From: the human T2T-CHM13v2.0 reference genome, Homo sapiens
DNA: 64,000 nucleotides
NCBI RefSeq assembly: GCF_009914755.1
Contig: NC_060930.1
Strand: one strand, 5' to 3'
The notes under the pieces are model-generated. The model saw nothing but the letters and a program-made list of their open reading frames with translations. It made no database searches and was not told where the DNA came from. A program made the position numbers and the translations under genes. This document shows, one piece after another, positions 1-17,295 of this stretch. Position 1 is the stretch's first letter. The number at the start of each line of letters is the position of its first letter.

Positions 1-29
1 TCAAAAAAAAAAAAAAAAAAAACAAATCT

Positions 30-830
30 ACATAAAGAAGAATGTTAAATACTACTGAGGGACAGAGGAGGAGATAGGAACAACTGCAAAGGTCTATCTT
101 CTTCTTGAATAGAAAGTCAATATCAAGAGAATAATTCTTTCTATATTTATCTATAAACTTATATGATGTCAAAAATACAAATTAGAAAGCTAATTCTGAA
201 GTTCCTATGGAAAAATAAACAGGAAAGAATGGCCATAACAATGATATAAAAAGAAATAAGAAAAGAATACCATACCGATATTAAAAATATTATAAAGCCT
301 TAGAAAGTAAAACAGTGTGCATGGGCACAGGAATACTTAGCAAGGTCAACAGAAAAGAGGTCGATCCAAATGAATACTGGACTTCAGTGAATGATATGGG
401 TGTCACTGCACTTTAGTGGGAGGAAGGACTTCCAATAATTGGACGGCCACCTAAAAAAATATAGATCCCTAATTCACATCCTGCACTAAAATAAATCCCA
501 AGGTGACCAAAGATTTGAACGTAAAAAATGAAAGCATAAAAATATGAGAAAGAACCTTGAAAACATTACGCTAAGTGGAAAAGTCAGTTGTGTAAGGCCA
601 CACATTATATGGTTCCATTTATATGAGATGTCTAGGACAGGCAAATCCATAGAGATAAAACATAGATTAAGTGGATACCAGGGGCCAGAAGGTAGAGGAA
701 ATGGGGGAGTGGGTGCTTAATGGGTAAAGGTTTTCTTTTTGGAGTAATGAAAATGTAAAATTAGGTTTTGATGATGATTGTATAATTCTATGAATAGATT
801 AAAAACCCATTTATTAAAAGACTGCATTGT
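30..830 (+). mobile_element. Old L1M fragments (ORF2 3' part and L1MB-type 3'UTR)
   Basis: aagctaattctgaagttcctatggaaaaataaa; ttccatttatatgagatgtctaggacaggcaaatccatagaga. Confidence 0.75.
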
Positions 831-1005
831 GGCTGGGCACAGTGGCTCACACCTGTAATCCTAGCACTTTAGAAGGCTAAGGCAGGAGGCTGCTTGAGCC
901 CAGGAGTTCCAGGTTGCAGTAAGCTGTGACTGCACCACTGCACTCCAGCCTGGGTGACAGAGCGAGATCCTGTGTCAAAAAAAAAAAAAAAAAAGAAAAA
1001 AAAAA
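831..1005 (+). mobile_element. Alu monomer (FRAM/FAM-like)
   Basis: Single Alu arm with A tail. Confidence 0.85.
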
Positions 1006-1046
1006 GGTAAGTTTTACGATATATGAATCATATCTCAATAAAACCT

Positions 1047-1346
<300 letters not shown>

Positions 1347-1349
1347 AAA

Positions 1350-2440
1350 ACTATTATTTTTAAAATACTAATAAAAAATACGAGACAATTTAAAAATTAT
1401 AATTACTGCGTAGAAGAGACCTAAGTATGTAAAAAAATTAAAAGCCAAAAAATAAAAATCTGATAAATAAGATGACTTTAATTTTTTAAAACCCTGCATG
1501 AAGAAAACATAAAGTCAAAAGACAAACGGAAAAATTTAAACTAAAATAGCATAAGACAAAAGGACTAATCTTTTTAGCTGTTACATGCTCCTAAAAAAAA
1601 AAGTCAATTCACAGGATAAACCAAAAACGTAGTAGAAAAATGGGCAACGAGGATGAATATACATTTCCCAGAAAAGAAAATAGGAACGGCTTTTAAACAT
1701 ATGAAAGTATATTCAACCACCACTATAATAACAGAAACCCATATTAAAGCTACTAGAATATAGTAGTTTTCACCTCTCAGATTGGCAAAGATCGTGAAGT
1801 TTAAAAACATCGTCTGTGGAGAAAAGCACACTCAAACAGTGCTAGCAGGAACATACAATAGGACGAATGCCAAATTGGAGGGCAATTTGGCAAGGTTTAC
1901 CAAAATTAAAACTGCATATTCCTTTTGATCCAACAATTCCCCTTTAGTAATTTCTCCTCCAGAGATCCTTGCTGACATACAACATGCTATTTATAGAGAG
2001 TTGTTCACTGAAGCATTGTTCATAGTAGCAAGTGACTGGAAACAACCAAAAAAAAAAAAAAAGTCCATCAATGTGGGACTGAATACTTTATGGCAAAATC
2101 ATACAATCGAATACTATTTAGATACTAAAAAAGAATAAGGCTGTTCTATGTTCCGATAAGAAAGGTTTTCCAGGACACACTGTTAGGTGAAAAGAGGTAA
2201 AGGGCAGAATAGTGTATGGGGTGTAAACATTGTTTTAAAAAACCTATATTTTTGCTTATATAATCATAAAATATCCTTAAAAGGACTCACAAGAAAATGA
2301 TAATGGTACTTGCTTCTAGGTGAGAATTCAAGTGACTTAGACACAGAAATAAGAGAGATGCTTATTTTTCCTTGTACATCTATCGTACCTTCTGTATATC
2401 TAGCAATTCAAAACAATATTAATGCTTCAAAAAGAAAGAA
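1350..2440 (+). mobile_element. Old L1ME-like 3' fragment
   Basis: ggagggcaatttggcaa...ccttttgatccaacaattcccctt; gcattgttcatagtagcaagtgactggaaacaacc. Confidence 0.75.
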
Positions 2441-2896
2441 AAGAAACCAAGCATACCAAGGACACTGAAATATAAAAGGAGCAAAGTACGTGGTCTAATT
2501 TTGGATAGCTTTGTTATTTTTAGTATGTTTAATAAAAAAAAAATAAAGTTTTTTAAACCCTCAAAATTGACTGCCCAGGAAACTGATTTCAACTTTTCCC
2601 AAATAGAGGCATTTGGCTAAGCTTCCTGTACACATGTCTGCACCGCCTCCCCACCCCACCATCACAGGAGACGGGACCACCTCCAAGACCAAGTGGATAA
2701 TTCAATCTTCATAATCCATTCAAATTTGCCCTCTGTTGTAGCTGGAGATATGCCAACGAGAGGGGTTTGTTTAGATTTATCCTCAGGATGCAAAGAAAAA
2801 GACCAATTTTACTTATTCTGCGTAGCTGAATTTTTAGGTCTTCCAATGGTCATCAGTTAGGGTTAGAACGAAAACAGCTGTAAAAATGTCCTGACA

Positions 2897-3131
2897 GGAG
2901 CTGGAGACCAGCCTGGCCAACATGGTGAAACCCCGTCTCTACTAAAAATACAAAAATTTGCTGGGCATGGTGGCAGGTGCTTGTAATCCCAGCTACTCGG
3001 GAGGCTGAGGCAGGAGAATCGTTTAAACGGGGAGGCGGAGGTTGCAGTGCACCGAGATCACACCATTGCACTCCAGTTTGGATAGCAAGAGCGAAACTCC
3101 ACCTCAAAAATAAAAATAAAAAAATAAAAAA
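2897..3131 (+). mobile_element. 5'-truncated AluS
   Basis: TSD aaaatgtcctgaca on both sides. Confidence 0.9.
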
Positions 3132-4768
3132 TAAAATGTCCTGACAAAGACTATAGTGAGCTCATCAGACATTCCTTTAATATGCTTGTTCTAAAGGGGG
3201 CAGGGGTGGAGAGAGAAGACTAGAATTGGTCTGCAGGGCCCAGCTCCTCTCAGACACCCGTCTTGGAGGAGGTTAGAAGAGTGTTCAGGGTAATGGGCCA
3301 GCAACACTAAAATGTCCCAGACTCCAATGAAGCTTCTCATTCTACCACTCCTGCAGAGATTCTTGTAGCAAATCCCTGGGTTTTTCACCTTGCCTGTCAA
3401 GCACAACTTTTTTGATTCCCTTGAAGACACATTCAGCATCACAAAAGAGGTGGTAAAGCTTACTTTCCCCCAATTATGACCATTTTTAGCATCACAGTCA
3501 ATTTTCCACTGTCCACCTGATGGACCGGAGGGCAAAGCTGGCTGAAATTCACAGGTAATCCCAACTTTATTTTAGTCAAACATATCAACCTTGCCTCTTC
3601 AAAATGAAAAAACAACCTCTTGTTCCTTTCTTCTTTGTTCATAGGAGAACAAAATGGGAGTGATGTAATTAGTGGAGACAATGGGAGTGAGTAATTAGTG
3701 TGCTTTGTATACAATGTAGAGAAACTATTGAAAAATAAAATAAAAAGAATTTTATGAAATATTCTATAAAAGTCAGGCTTCCTACCCAGATGACCTTCGG
3801 AAAAATTTCTCTGAATCCCTGATGCCTTGGGTATCCAGTATGCAGTATATCTGATACAAGAGATTGGAGGATCCATGAGTTCATTCTGGGCTGTATAGTG
3901 ATGCCATAACACTCATTGCTATTTTCCAAGCTTGAGAATCATTTAATATTTCCCTAAAACTATCTGATTAACTGCAAAATGGTGCACTGAGCAATGATAA
4001 TATTTTTGCAATTACAGGAGTTAATTATTTTGGTTCAGACTATACAACAACCCTCTCCCACCCACCTCTCCACAGATACATTTTGCTAAGTTTTGCTTTT
4101 CTTCATTGGTAAATAAAAATGGGACATTCACCAACAAGTTCCCATAGAGCCATACTTTTCACTCCTTTCATTTAGCAAACATTGACACAATATTTACTGT
4201 GTTTAAGGACAGGGGTTAAATTCTCAATATACTGTCTCATGAGTACATAGTTTAAAAGAAATGTGTTTCAACAAATAATTTGAAAACCAAGTAAAAGTAA
4301 GAAAGGTCCCATTAAAAATGTGGACCAAAAAAAAGATAACTTCCTGGGGTCATTTGAGATTATGTCATAAGGAGAACACAGAATTTGATGTGGTCCTGGA
4401 AAAGAATATATAGAAATGCAGAGAGGGGAGGCAGGAGGATGATCCTAGGTGAAAGAAACCAGAGATGCAACAGAAGCAGAAAACCAAGGGAGCTTGAGGT
4501 GTGAGAGGAACATGTATATAATTATGGGGAAGCCTGGGCTGCAATGAGTAAGGTTAGGAAGGTAGGCTGTAACCAAGTCACAACACTCCCTCAGGACCTG
4601 GAAGATGTAAACAAGGAAGAAAAGTGGTTATACACACTTAGGCAGAATCTACTTTTAAGAATAAGTACGAAAAGGGACAAAAGAAGGAAGACATAAAGAA
4701 GAAATGATCAGAGCAGTAGAGGGTAAGAGAAAATAAAGGCAGATAAAGAGTGTTTTCAGAAACAAATA

Positions 4769-5296
<528 letters not shown>

Positions 5297-6689
5297 TTAC
5301 TAGTTTGAGTCCATCTTAGGCCAGTGAAGACATTGGGCCGAGAAGTTTCCAGTGCTTGGATGACAGAGAAGAACTGGTGACTAAGACTTCAGTGGGTGGT
5401 AATAATCTGGATGAATAGAACACAGACTATGTTTTCAAAACATGTTGAGGTTAAAGAAAGAATAGAGAAATGGAAATTGCCTGAGGAGAACAAGGTCAAA
5501 ATAAGGGCTCCTTTAGTTTTTAAAAGACAGGCCACACCACTAGGCACATTCATAGACTGAAGAGAAGGTTTTGGTTAAGATGAAGATAATGAAAGATCAA
5601 GCAGGAGAGGGAGATAACCTAGGTGACAAAGCCTCAGAGAAGTCAGGGTAGAGAGGGATCCAGAAAACGAGGGGTCTTGGAGCCTTGCGGAGTGGGAGGT
5701 CTTCTTGCTCCTCTGGGATGCGTGAGCACAGCATGCAACACTTGTCTGCAACTGTGAGACAGGAGCAACGGACAGAATTAAAGGGAAAAAGAGAGTAGAA
5801 GGATTCATGCCTGGATTCTTCAAGATTTTAAAAAAGCAAGATGAATAAATGGTCCTCTACCAAAGTGAGGGTGAGGGTAAGTTTTGAAGAGACTGGAAAA
5901 GTTTGGAATAGATCCCATAAGAAATGTGACTATGAGCCCACTAGAAAAGCAATGATGACTCTCCTCAGATTAACAGTAAGAATTTACATCAGGACCCATC
6001 AGTTGGGTTTGGGGGCCTCTAAGCAGCTGTGCAGGTGATGGGGATCATGCAGGATTGGTGCCTGGAAAGGAATGCATGGCACTAAGCTATTGGGCATGCA
6101 CAGTTAAACTTTCAAGCCATGAGGTCTAGGCTGGTTAGGGGGCAGGAATACGGAGCCTGAAGAAAGTGGCTATAGTGACCAAGAGTGGGGGATGAGTCAG
6201 GGCTCACAATAAGGAGACAACTGAGTTCTGAGGAAGAGAGGGAAAGCAAGGGGGTCAGGAGGCTATGCCCAGAGAGAACTACAGAGTCTGAGATTTTAAG
6301 ATTTAGAAAGGTCCAAGTTGGGGGGTGTGAGGGTTCAAGTTGATACACAGGTCCGGGGTGTGGCAGTATCTCTGGGAAGCTGAAATGAAGGAAAGGTGAA
6401 GTCTTAAGGTGAGGAGATGAAGCAACTGCAGGGCAGAGAGAAGGGTCAGGTTAAACTTAACACCGGTCCATGACGCCGCTGCACTCAGACACAGAGGAAG
6501 TATTTCATCATCTTTTTGTCAACGGGGAACACAAATGCCCGCTCCAGGTCCAAGGGCTTAGGACGGAGCATCTGATTTATATTCCTTACTTTTTAGGATA
6601 CAATTGGGAGAAGCTCACGAATAGAAAGAGAATTCTCTAAGATTTCAACAGGTGTATGATCTGGGATCATATCATGAGGGAGTCAACAG

Positions 6690-6890
6690 ACAGCATGGAC
6701 CTTGCTGAGTAAACAGGATGTGGGTCCAAATCCCAGCTCTTCTACCTTTTCAGCTGAATGACCTCCAGGCTTAGCAGCCTCTCTAAACCTCAGCCCCCGT
6801 CTATAAAGTGAGAAACATTGTAACACATACATGATGCTTAGCAGAGCGCCTGGGCATTCATACTTAGCAAAAGTTGGTTGATATTCTTAC
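6690..6890 (+). mobile_element. MIR
   Basis: gggtccaaatcccagctct...ctctctaaacctcag...tctataaagtgaga. Confidence 0.7.
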
Positions 6891-7039
6891 CCTTCTACAA
6901 CTATGTTCTCAAGAAAAATCATTTTTGGGAGAGTGAGATAGGTAAGAAGAGAGAGGAGGCCATCGTGAAGCGAACAAATGTGTAAAATGAAAAAAAAATC
7001 ACTTACAATCTTAATTTGTAACTACCTAAAAGTAGGCTG

Positions 7040-7515
7040 CACAGAGAAATGAAACTATGTCTACACAAAAACTTGGAAAGGAATGTTCATAGCAGCACTG
7101 TTCATAATAGTGAAAGAGTGGAGACAACCCAAATGTCCATCAACTGATAAATGAATAAACAAAATAAGGTATAGCCATACAATGTTACATTATTCCATCA
7201 TAACAAGAAATGAATGACTGATGTATGCTGAAATGTGGATGATCCTTGAAAGCATTATGCTAAGTGAAAGAAGTCAGTCACAGAAGTCCGCATATTGCAT
7301 GATTCTATTTATATGGAATGTCTAGAACAAGCAAATCTATATATAGAGAAACAGCTTCGTGGTTGCCAGGAGCTGAGGGTAGAGGATTGGGGGAAAATGG
7401 GAAGTGATTGCTGATGGGTATGGGATTTCCTTTAGGGGTGATGAAAATGTTCTAAAATTTATTGTGGTGATAGCTGCACAGCTCTGTAAATACACTAAAA
7501 AGCAATTCATTGCAC
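7040..7515 (+). mobile_element. L1MB-like 3' fragment
   Basis: aatgttcatagcagcactgttcataatag...acaacccaaatgtccatcaactgataaatgaataaacaaaat. Confidence 0.85.
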
Positions 7516-9124
7516 TTTTTTTTTTAATTTAAATAAGCTATGCAGTCCTCAATGCCTCCTGCTCCCCATCTCCTGAATAAACAAGACTTTCTTCCCTGGG
7601 TGAGGGTCTTGATAGGTAGAATACTGTACACGGAATACAGAATTCAAGCAGTTCCTTGACTTATGAATATCAGAAGATGTCCATCCTCTTTCTCAGGAGA
7701 CATTTCCAGGTGGATGCCAGAGGAGGTTATTTCTCTTCTTCCCATCTGCTTCTTTAAATCTTAGCTCCTGCATTCTGTTTCCCCATATGAGCATAGTGGT
7801 TAAAAATCAATCTCTGCTTTATCTTCACAGGCGAAAGCTTTAAAGTGGACAGGTCTTTCATACCTAGTTTGAAGTTTATGAAAAAGAATAAGGGGGCTAC
7901 TCTGGAGTACTGTGAGTTTTTTCTGCTTCTCCACACCATAAGGACAGGGTCCCTGTAAGCAATTGTCCTCCAAACCAATCCACCTAATAGGCCACATCAT
8001 TTTGTTTAGGGAAGAAACTGCAAAAAGAGATTACTGAAAAATCATTCCCCATAATCTATTTATTTGATGTTTGATTTATCTGATAAACATGCCAAAATAT
8101 TGCCTAAAAAGTAATCTCTAACATCATATTATTACTTCCAGGAAATCAACCTTCTCCATAAAAATCAACAGTGTTTTTAAAGGAACGTTGAGGTTAAAAA
8201 AATCAGAATGACAATTTATTCATTTGCAAAAATAACAATAATCATAGTAATAATAATAATTTCCACATGAACCAGAAGGTCTCTGGGTAATGCTGGCTTT
8301 TAACCACAAACACACACATGCACACCAACAGAAACTGCCTTTGCTATTTGAACATTCCAGGAATCAAATGAAAACATTGCTCAAAAAATTTCCAGGTAAA
8401 CCATGTTAATATCTAGGGTTAATAAAGTCTCTTTAAATGTTAATAAAGTCTCTCCATAAAATGTTCAGCCCTGAAGACACAGAACAAATGATAAAACATC
8501 ATGTTTTATAACAGGTTACTATGGTCAATGGAGTATCAGCTATAAAATATAAACTTCTACTGAGGAAAGCACATCCGGCAAGTGTAAAATAGCCCACTGG
8601 GTCCAATTTCCATGAAGAGGTGCCAGCTCCATTTGGTATGTACAATCTACAAATGAATCCAAGCACTATCAGAACTGTTAACTGCATGACTCTGGATGGT
8701 AGGGGGAGGGAAGGGTCTCAAAAAAGAGAGAAAAAGGATTTTTCAGGATACTGGAAATTGAGAGCAGATTATAAAAGATTTACGTTGAATAACAAGAATA
8801 AAGCTTTCATGTATCTCTATGTGAAAAAAATAGCCTAGAAATCTGTAAACTCCAACTTGTCATAAAACATAAATCCGTGACACTTAATGACTTATAATCT
8901 ACAATTAACATTTCATGTTTTTGCATCCAGATATAAGAAATACAATGCCCTATTCTGTTTTTGCTTGGGTGAGGCTAAAAAACTCAGTACCACCATGTTT
9001 TTTGTAGGGTCAAAGAGACGGCTAAGAGATCCCCTTAATTAATAATTTTTGTTGGCATTTTACAACTCTGGATTCCCCCAAACTCCTGCAGCATTGGTGT
9101 AACTTCTAGCTACTCTCATAACAT

Positions 9125-9650
<526 letters not shown>

Positions 9651-11079
9651 TCAATGCTCAGTAACAACCTGAGCATATTTAATTATAATGCCTCACCTTT
9701 AAATAGTACTCTACAGTTCATAAAGTGCTTTCTTTCACACTGATGTAGCCTTCCTTGTATTAAATCACAGCTTTGCAGTTCAATTTTTGCAAAACCCTTT
9801 CAAAGGTACTTGTCAATTAATGAAGATTAAACATAAAGGTGATCTGGAATCTATGAGGACAATCTGGGGGGATATGACTGCCAACTGAAGATGGCAGAAA
9901 AAACATGCCATTGAAATTATTCTCACAGTTTTGACAGTAGAGAAAAACCATCAAAAGATACCACAAAATGCATAAAATTAAAGGGAAATGTTTCTTGCAT
10001 GGGCTGCAGTACTGTTTTAAACAGAAGGGAAAGACCATTAAACATGACTGGTATTCACTAAATTTTAACTACACTGGCATCAAAGTCTGAGCCTGTGAGT
10101 GCAAGTCAGAATAACTTGCGCTTATTCTGAAATAAATGTTTCTTTCCACTGCAAGGGTGCATGTGTGAGGGGGGAACAAAGTATTCTTTTTAATATGGAA
10201 GCACATCACCCTGACAATCTAACTCTGACAAGCTTGCATAGTCCTAGGCATTCTATTTCTACCTCCTAACAGAACAGCATCAGCAACATTTGTGATCATA
10301 TTCTGTCAGCTGCTCTGCTAACAATGAGAAATTTTTACTTGTATATGGATAGTAAGTTCCCTGAGAAGGCATATCTCCAGGACCAGTGTTCCGCCTTTTT
10401 ACTTTACAATCTAATGTCAGCAAGAGTATTTTTGTGCACACATTACCCATGCACACAGCTTAGAAATAAACAAGGTGTGTAAACTGCAAATTGGTTCCAC
10501 AGAGCAAATAACTGATTCACCAGATATCTGTAAAAGCAAATATAAAATCCATGAATTATGTCTCTGTATTGAAAAACCATAAAATGCTCAGGACCTTTAT
10601 GTTAACTAAAGTATTTTCCTTCCATGTGTTAGATTTTCCCCTTATATGTGTAGAACACACACACAAAAGAGAATTATAAACGTCAGAGCTCTTTTAACCT
10701 TTAAAAACCAACACAGTAATTATATTGCAAAGATATCTGACAACCCAGAGTAATACTAGAAAAGGATTATTTCTGCGCCCCCTTCTTTTAAATAGTTCTC
10801 AATTTTTCTACAATTTATAGGCGGACTGTGCAAAAGATTTTCATAGCCATGAATCCTATTAAAGATACATTGGGAGATAAAATAAAATCACTATTCCAAT
10901 TCGCAAGAATATTTGAAACGCTGCCAAAGGGAATGTTTCTCCAAACATAAAGAGAGTATTAAATTTTAAGAGAGAGGCTATCATCAAAACGAAGGCAGAG
11001 AGAAGTACACATAAGTCAACCTGACAAGCCCATATTGATAAAGCAGAGATAAAAGTTATCTCCAGGTTACATGCCCGGT

Positions 11080-11240
11080 ACAGGCAGTTCTCAATGTATG
11101 AATGAGTTGTATACAGAAAGTTCATTTGTAAGTCATTTATTTGAAACTCCAAACACATTTTCTCAGAGAAACAGTGTTATAAATAGTGCTTAGTTTTGCA
11201 GGAAGGCAAAAAGAGCTATAGAGCTTATAATATAGACAAA
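11080..11240. mobile_element. TcMar-Tigger-like DNA transposon fragment
   Basis: ta-caggcagttctcaatgtatgaatgagttgt...ttcatttgtaagtc resembles Tigger termini. Confidence 0.45.
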
Positions 11241-11893
11241 CTCTAGTACCATGAGCAGGGGACAGGAGGTGAAGAAATCATGAGGAGGTGGGTGACTTAC
11301 AAATGAACTTTCTTTTTCGGTACCTGGAAACAACCAAAGTTTTTTTTTTCTGGCATCTGTCTGCCTCTCCTATACTTCTCCCACTGTCTAAATGCTTCAT
11401 CCCAGCCCATATAAGAGAGCACCAAAAAAATTTAATATAGTTAACCCTTTTTCCCAAACTCCCCTTCCCAAGTCCAGTTATCTGGCAATCAAAGGCTAAT
11501 AAAGAGTTCAGTTCAGTAAAGACTTGTTTCTAGGTTTTGACAGCAGATCTAATCTTGAGAGAGAGGAATGGGGACATGACCAAGCTCTGGGTATACACAC
11601 AAAGAATGAACCATCTGGGAGGACTGGATAATTTCAGGAATTTCCCCGTAATTTAGTAATGGTAAACAAGAACAGGACCCAGCTCCTAAGAAGTGCAGAT
11701 GAATGAAGTAAAGTAGAAGCAGGTTCCTGACCAACAGGTATAGATCAAAGGCAGGGCTTCTATCCCACACCTGGTTTCTAGCGGCAGTATCTAGAAGGTT
11801 CCTTGCCTTTTCATGGGGAGCCACACATGACTGCCTGCTCTTCTTCCCATGAAGATAACATAAGGGACTGTCAGTTCAGACCCGGGTGGTTTA

Positions 11894-12222
<329 letters not shown>

Positions 12223-12359
12223 CAGTTCCGATTGACTCAGTGGTCTCCTGCTGTTCCTGAGACAGAGATATAATGCCCTGCAAATTACAGGGTACTCATG
12301 GCCAAATCTCGGGTGGGGCTGGGATGGGAGTAAAGATGACGTCAGGAAGGTATCCAGTT

Positions 12360-12775
12360 GTGGCAGAAACTGGTTAGTTGTTGAAAAAACAGTTTCCCTG
12401 TACTCCTTGACATACAGGCTGACAATTCTCCACTTTACCTGCAGTTGACTATGTCCACATGACTAAATTCTGGTCAAGGGAACATGGAAGGAAGTGGTAT
12501 ATGCCAATTTCACCAACAAACCTCCCAGGAGACTGCTCACTCTCTCGCTTCCCCACTTCTCTCTTCTGCCAGGTGCAGAAGATCCTTAGGGTCTCCCAAC
12601 ACTGAGGGAATGTCTGAGCCTTGCGATACAAGGACCCTGGGTCAGGGAATCACCACCATACAGACGCCCTCTCCAACTGCAGAACACCCCAAGTTATCCG
12701 TAACACCATCAAAAAGGAACTTCTACTGTGTTCCACCCTGAAGAGTTGGGGTTGCTTGTTATTGCAACATCCTTG
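12360..12775 (+). mobile_element. MLT1 (ERVL-MaLR) LTR, old subfamily
   Basis: tgtggcagaaactgg start, catgactaaattctggtcaa core, ttggggttgcttgttattgcaaca end. Confidence 0.7.
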
Positions 12776-14159
12776 CCCATTGTACCATCATCTCTTTGTT
12801 GCATCTCAGGAAATGTCCTTTACATTCACCTGCCCTGGACAATCCACTAGGTTTGTTTGTCCTCAAACGAAATGGCCTCACACCGCTGAGATTTTATAAT
12901 ACTTCAAGTTTTTATAGGTTTTCTCCTTCCTTCACTGTGGTTAGTAAGTTTAACCCAAGAAAGCCCTCTTATTCCTTCTAATCTATTTGGGAAACTGAAG
13001 AAGTGAATGTGTTGAATCACTAATCTTACTTTGAGTGTCCTTGTGAGTCAACAGGGCTCTGGGTTCACCAGGGCTTCATCTATAAGTATAATTCAGAATT
13101 TTTTTATTGGTCATTTTTCTCCTTCCCAAGAAGGTTTTTCCTATCATTTCCAGGTTTCAAGTAGGACCCACGTAGATTAGGGTCACAGAAATATGTATTC
13201 TGCCTAAGATAACTAGGATCATATCACTTTTATAACTAAATCCATGGAAGTGGCACCAAGTGAACTTTGTTGAAAACAGCTTGCTCACTTCATTCATTCA
13301 CTATTCATTTATTCAGTTTACCTTTAATGGAAGAGGGGAGAAGAGACTGAAGAAAGACAGATGAAAGTGAAGAAGAGAAATAAGTTGTAACCATTCCCCA
13401 CGCCTAACTCTCTATATATTCCCCTTATTTTATTCATAAGTTGTTAGAGGGTACAATAAAAACTAAGTTAAGATGTAATTTGAAATGGAGTCTGTCTAAT
13501 CCAAAACCCTAGCTTTCTACCCTTGCTCCTTGCACAGCGATTTTCTGGAGCTGTCCACCCTCATCACTTTGTTGCATCTCTAGAAAGATCCAGGGATTAA
13601 ATAATTATGTGCTTCCTGTGTGGTGGCCTAAGAATTAAGAGAAGTGACCTGTTTGATGCCTGTGTGCACCCTCTCTTTGACAAAGCATGGCCTGATTTCC
13701 CAATCCTTATGGAGCTCTGTTGAGGGTTACACAGCAAGGATTCTGCCTGCCTTTACCTTGCAATTGCTATGAGAATAAATTCAAAATGGTTCCCGAGTTC
13801 AGCATGTGACTCCCACTTCTGCTGCTAAAAAAACAAGACAGCTATTGTATTGAATGCACTCTACTCATCAGGCACTCTGAGAATGAAGGTGACCTGGCTG
13901 GTATATATGGGTCTGTGGAAAGACAAAGTATTTTTACATAGAACCATTGACTACCATTACAATTTTGAAATATGTTCCCTATAAAAAAAATACTGAAGTC
14001 AATACATTAGTTTAAAAGGACATAAAAAGAGTCTTTATTCTGCCAATGTGAACATATGTGCTTCCACAGCAAGCCCATAAAGGGAATCTAGAGGCTACTT
14101 CATGGAGTATTCTGCCATTTCCAATGTCCGCTCTACAAAAGATGTCATTCTTTTATACA

Positions 14160-14640
14160 TTATTTTCTTTTATTTTATTTTTCTAGAGACAGGGTCTCAC
14201 TTTGCCACCCAGACTGGTGTGCAGTGGTGCAATCATAGCTCACTGTAACCTTGAACTCCTGGGCTCAAGCAATCCTCCCACCTCAGCCTCCTGAGCAGCT
14301 AGGACTACAGACTCACAACATTACACTCAGCTAATTAAAAAAAAAAAACTTAAAGAGACAAAGACTTGTTCTGTCACCCAGGCTGGAGTGTAGTGGTGCG
14401 ATCACAGCTCACTGCAGCCTCAAACTCCTAGACTCAAGTGATCCTCCTACATAAGCCTCCCAAGTAGCTAGGACTACAGGCTCATGCCACCATGCTCAGC
14501 TAAGTTTTAAATTTTTTTTGTAGAGATAGGGTCTCACTACGCTGTCCAGGCTGGTCTCAAACTCGTGGCTTCAAGTGATCCTTCCACCTCAGCCCCCCAA
14601 AGTGCTGGGATTGCAGGGGTGAGCCATCACGTTCAGCCTC
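14160..14640 (-). mobile_element. AluJ plus an extra right arm (three-arm arrangement)
   Basis: Two right-arm sequences followed by one left arm. Confidence 0.8.
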
Positions 14641-15859
14641 TTTCTAAATTCTACAAAAAAACATGCATTCATATTATATCGTGCAATGCTATGTAAGTCA
14701 TGTTTTAGATATGCCATGGCCGGTTCCTATTCCATGGGGAGTTCTCAGCATCATAAAGGTATTTGAAGTTTAAGTCTACATGTTGTAAAGGTGATGCTCA
14801 ATGCTCAATTCTCAGACTAGAACCAGAACTTCCACAATTTCATATTTTTAAGAATATCAAGCAACTTCCACTTACAATTAACTATAAAAAGGGTTAATTT
14901 TCTCCTCAGTTGCCTATTGTCAATAAAATGTTTACTTGGCCTAATGACCGACTGATACCAAAAAAGGTATAAGGACTCAACTGTTAAGAAACAATGATGT
15001 ATAATGTTGACTGAGAAAGGGACGGAGATCTTCGAAGACCTTCAAAACATAAATCTGATTACTGCCACCCATAATCAAATGTGTATGTCTAAGTCTTCCA
15101 CAGGTGAATACACCTACGGTTCTGCCCCTGAACCGCAAGGCCATACCTCCCCAAGACTGACTCTGTGAGGGCTAACAGGCTATAATTGCTGACAGGGAGG
15201 TTTTCAGCTTGTCATAGAGATAAAAAAATATGGTTATTCTTGAGTAATAAGTGGAAATTCGTGAAATAAGTGATGAAAACAAGGGTATAAAGGCTACAGA
15301 AACCCTTTCCTACCCAACACAGAGTGAGACACAAGCCCAAGAGAAAACAAAAAGAACACAGCAAAGCCAGCCAGAGCATGACTTCAGGGTGTGCTCACTA
15401 GGTGATATTATCTACGTTGAAAAGACATGGTACCTGAAGATCAAGAGTTTGAGGTTTAAGCATGCATACACTTTTTCTGTTTTTTCTTCTATAAAGTTCA
15501 GTATACTTTTATGGCATTTTAACTTTCAGTTTTGGTACCTTGGGAACACAGCATCCTCTATCTTGGCAGAGTTAAGTGGGGCATGAATGGCCTTTTCCTA
15601 AGTAGAATGGTGATTTAACAGAGTTTTTATGAGTATGGTCCAACAGTAGACCTGACATTTTTATCAAGAGGACAGAAGTGTCAGTTTGAAAGATCTTCTA
15701 ACACTGTTCATGGCTACTGCTAGGAACAGAGTAGGGCAATCTTTCCCTTCTTTTTATGTGGAGGGCAGGGACTCCTTAAGTAGGCTGACCTGGCCATTCA
15801 TTCAGTCTAGCCTAAGCCACAGGCTTTCTGGCCCACATTCCAGCGTAAGCAGATGCTGT

Positions 15860-17286
<1,427 letters not shown>

Positions 17287-17295
17287 TCAACTAGG

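Noticed and set aside
3460-3912. 150-aa minus-strand ORF
   Set aside because: No recognisable homology; compositionally intron-like.
8416-8453. Short local duplications (also 44586-44630, 20952-20969)
   Set aside because: Ordinary slippage-type micro-duplications.
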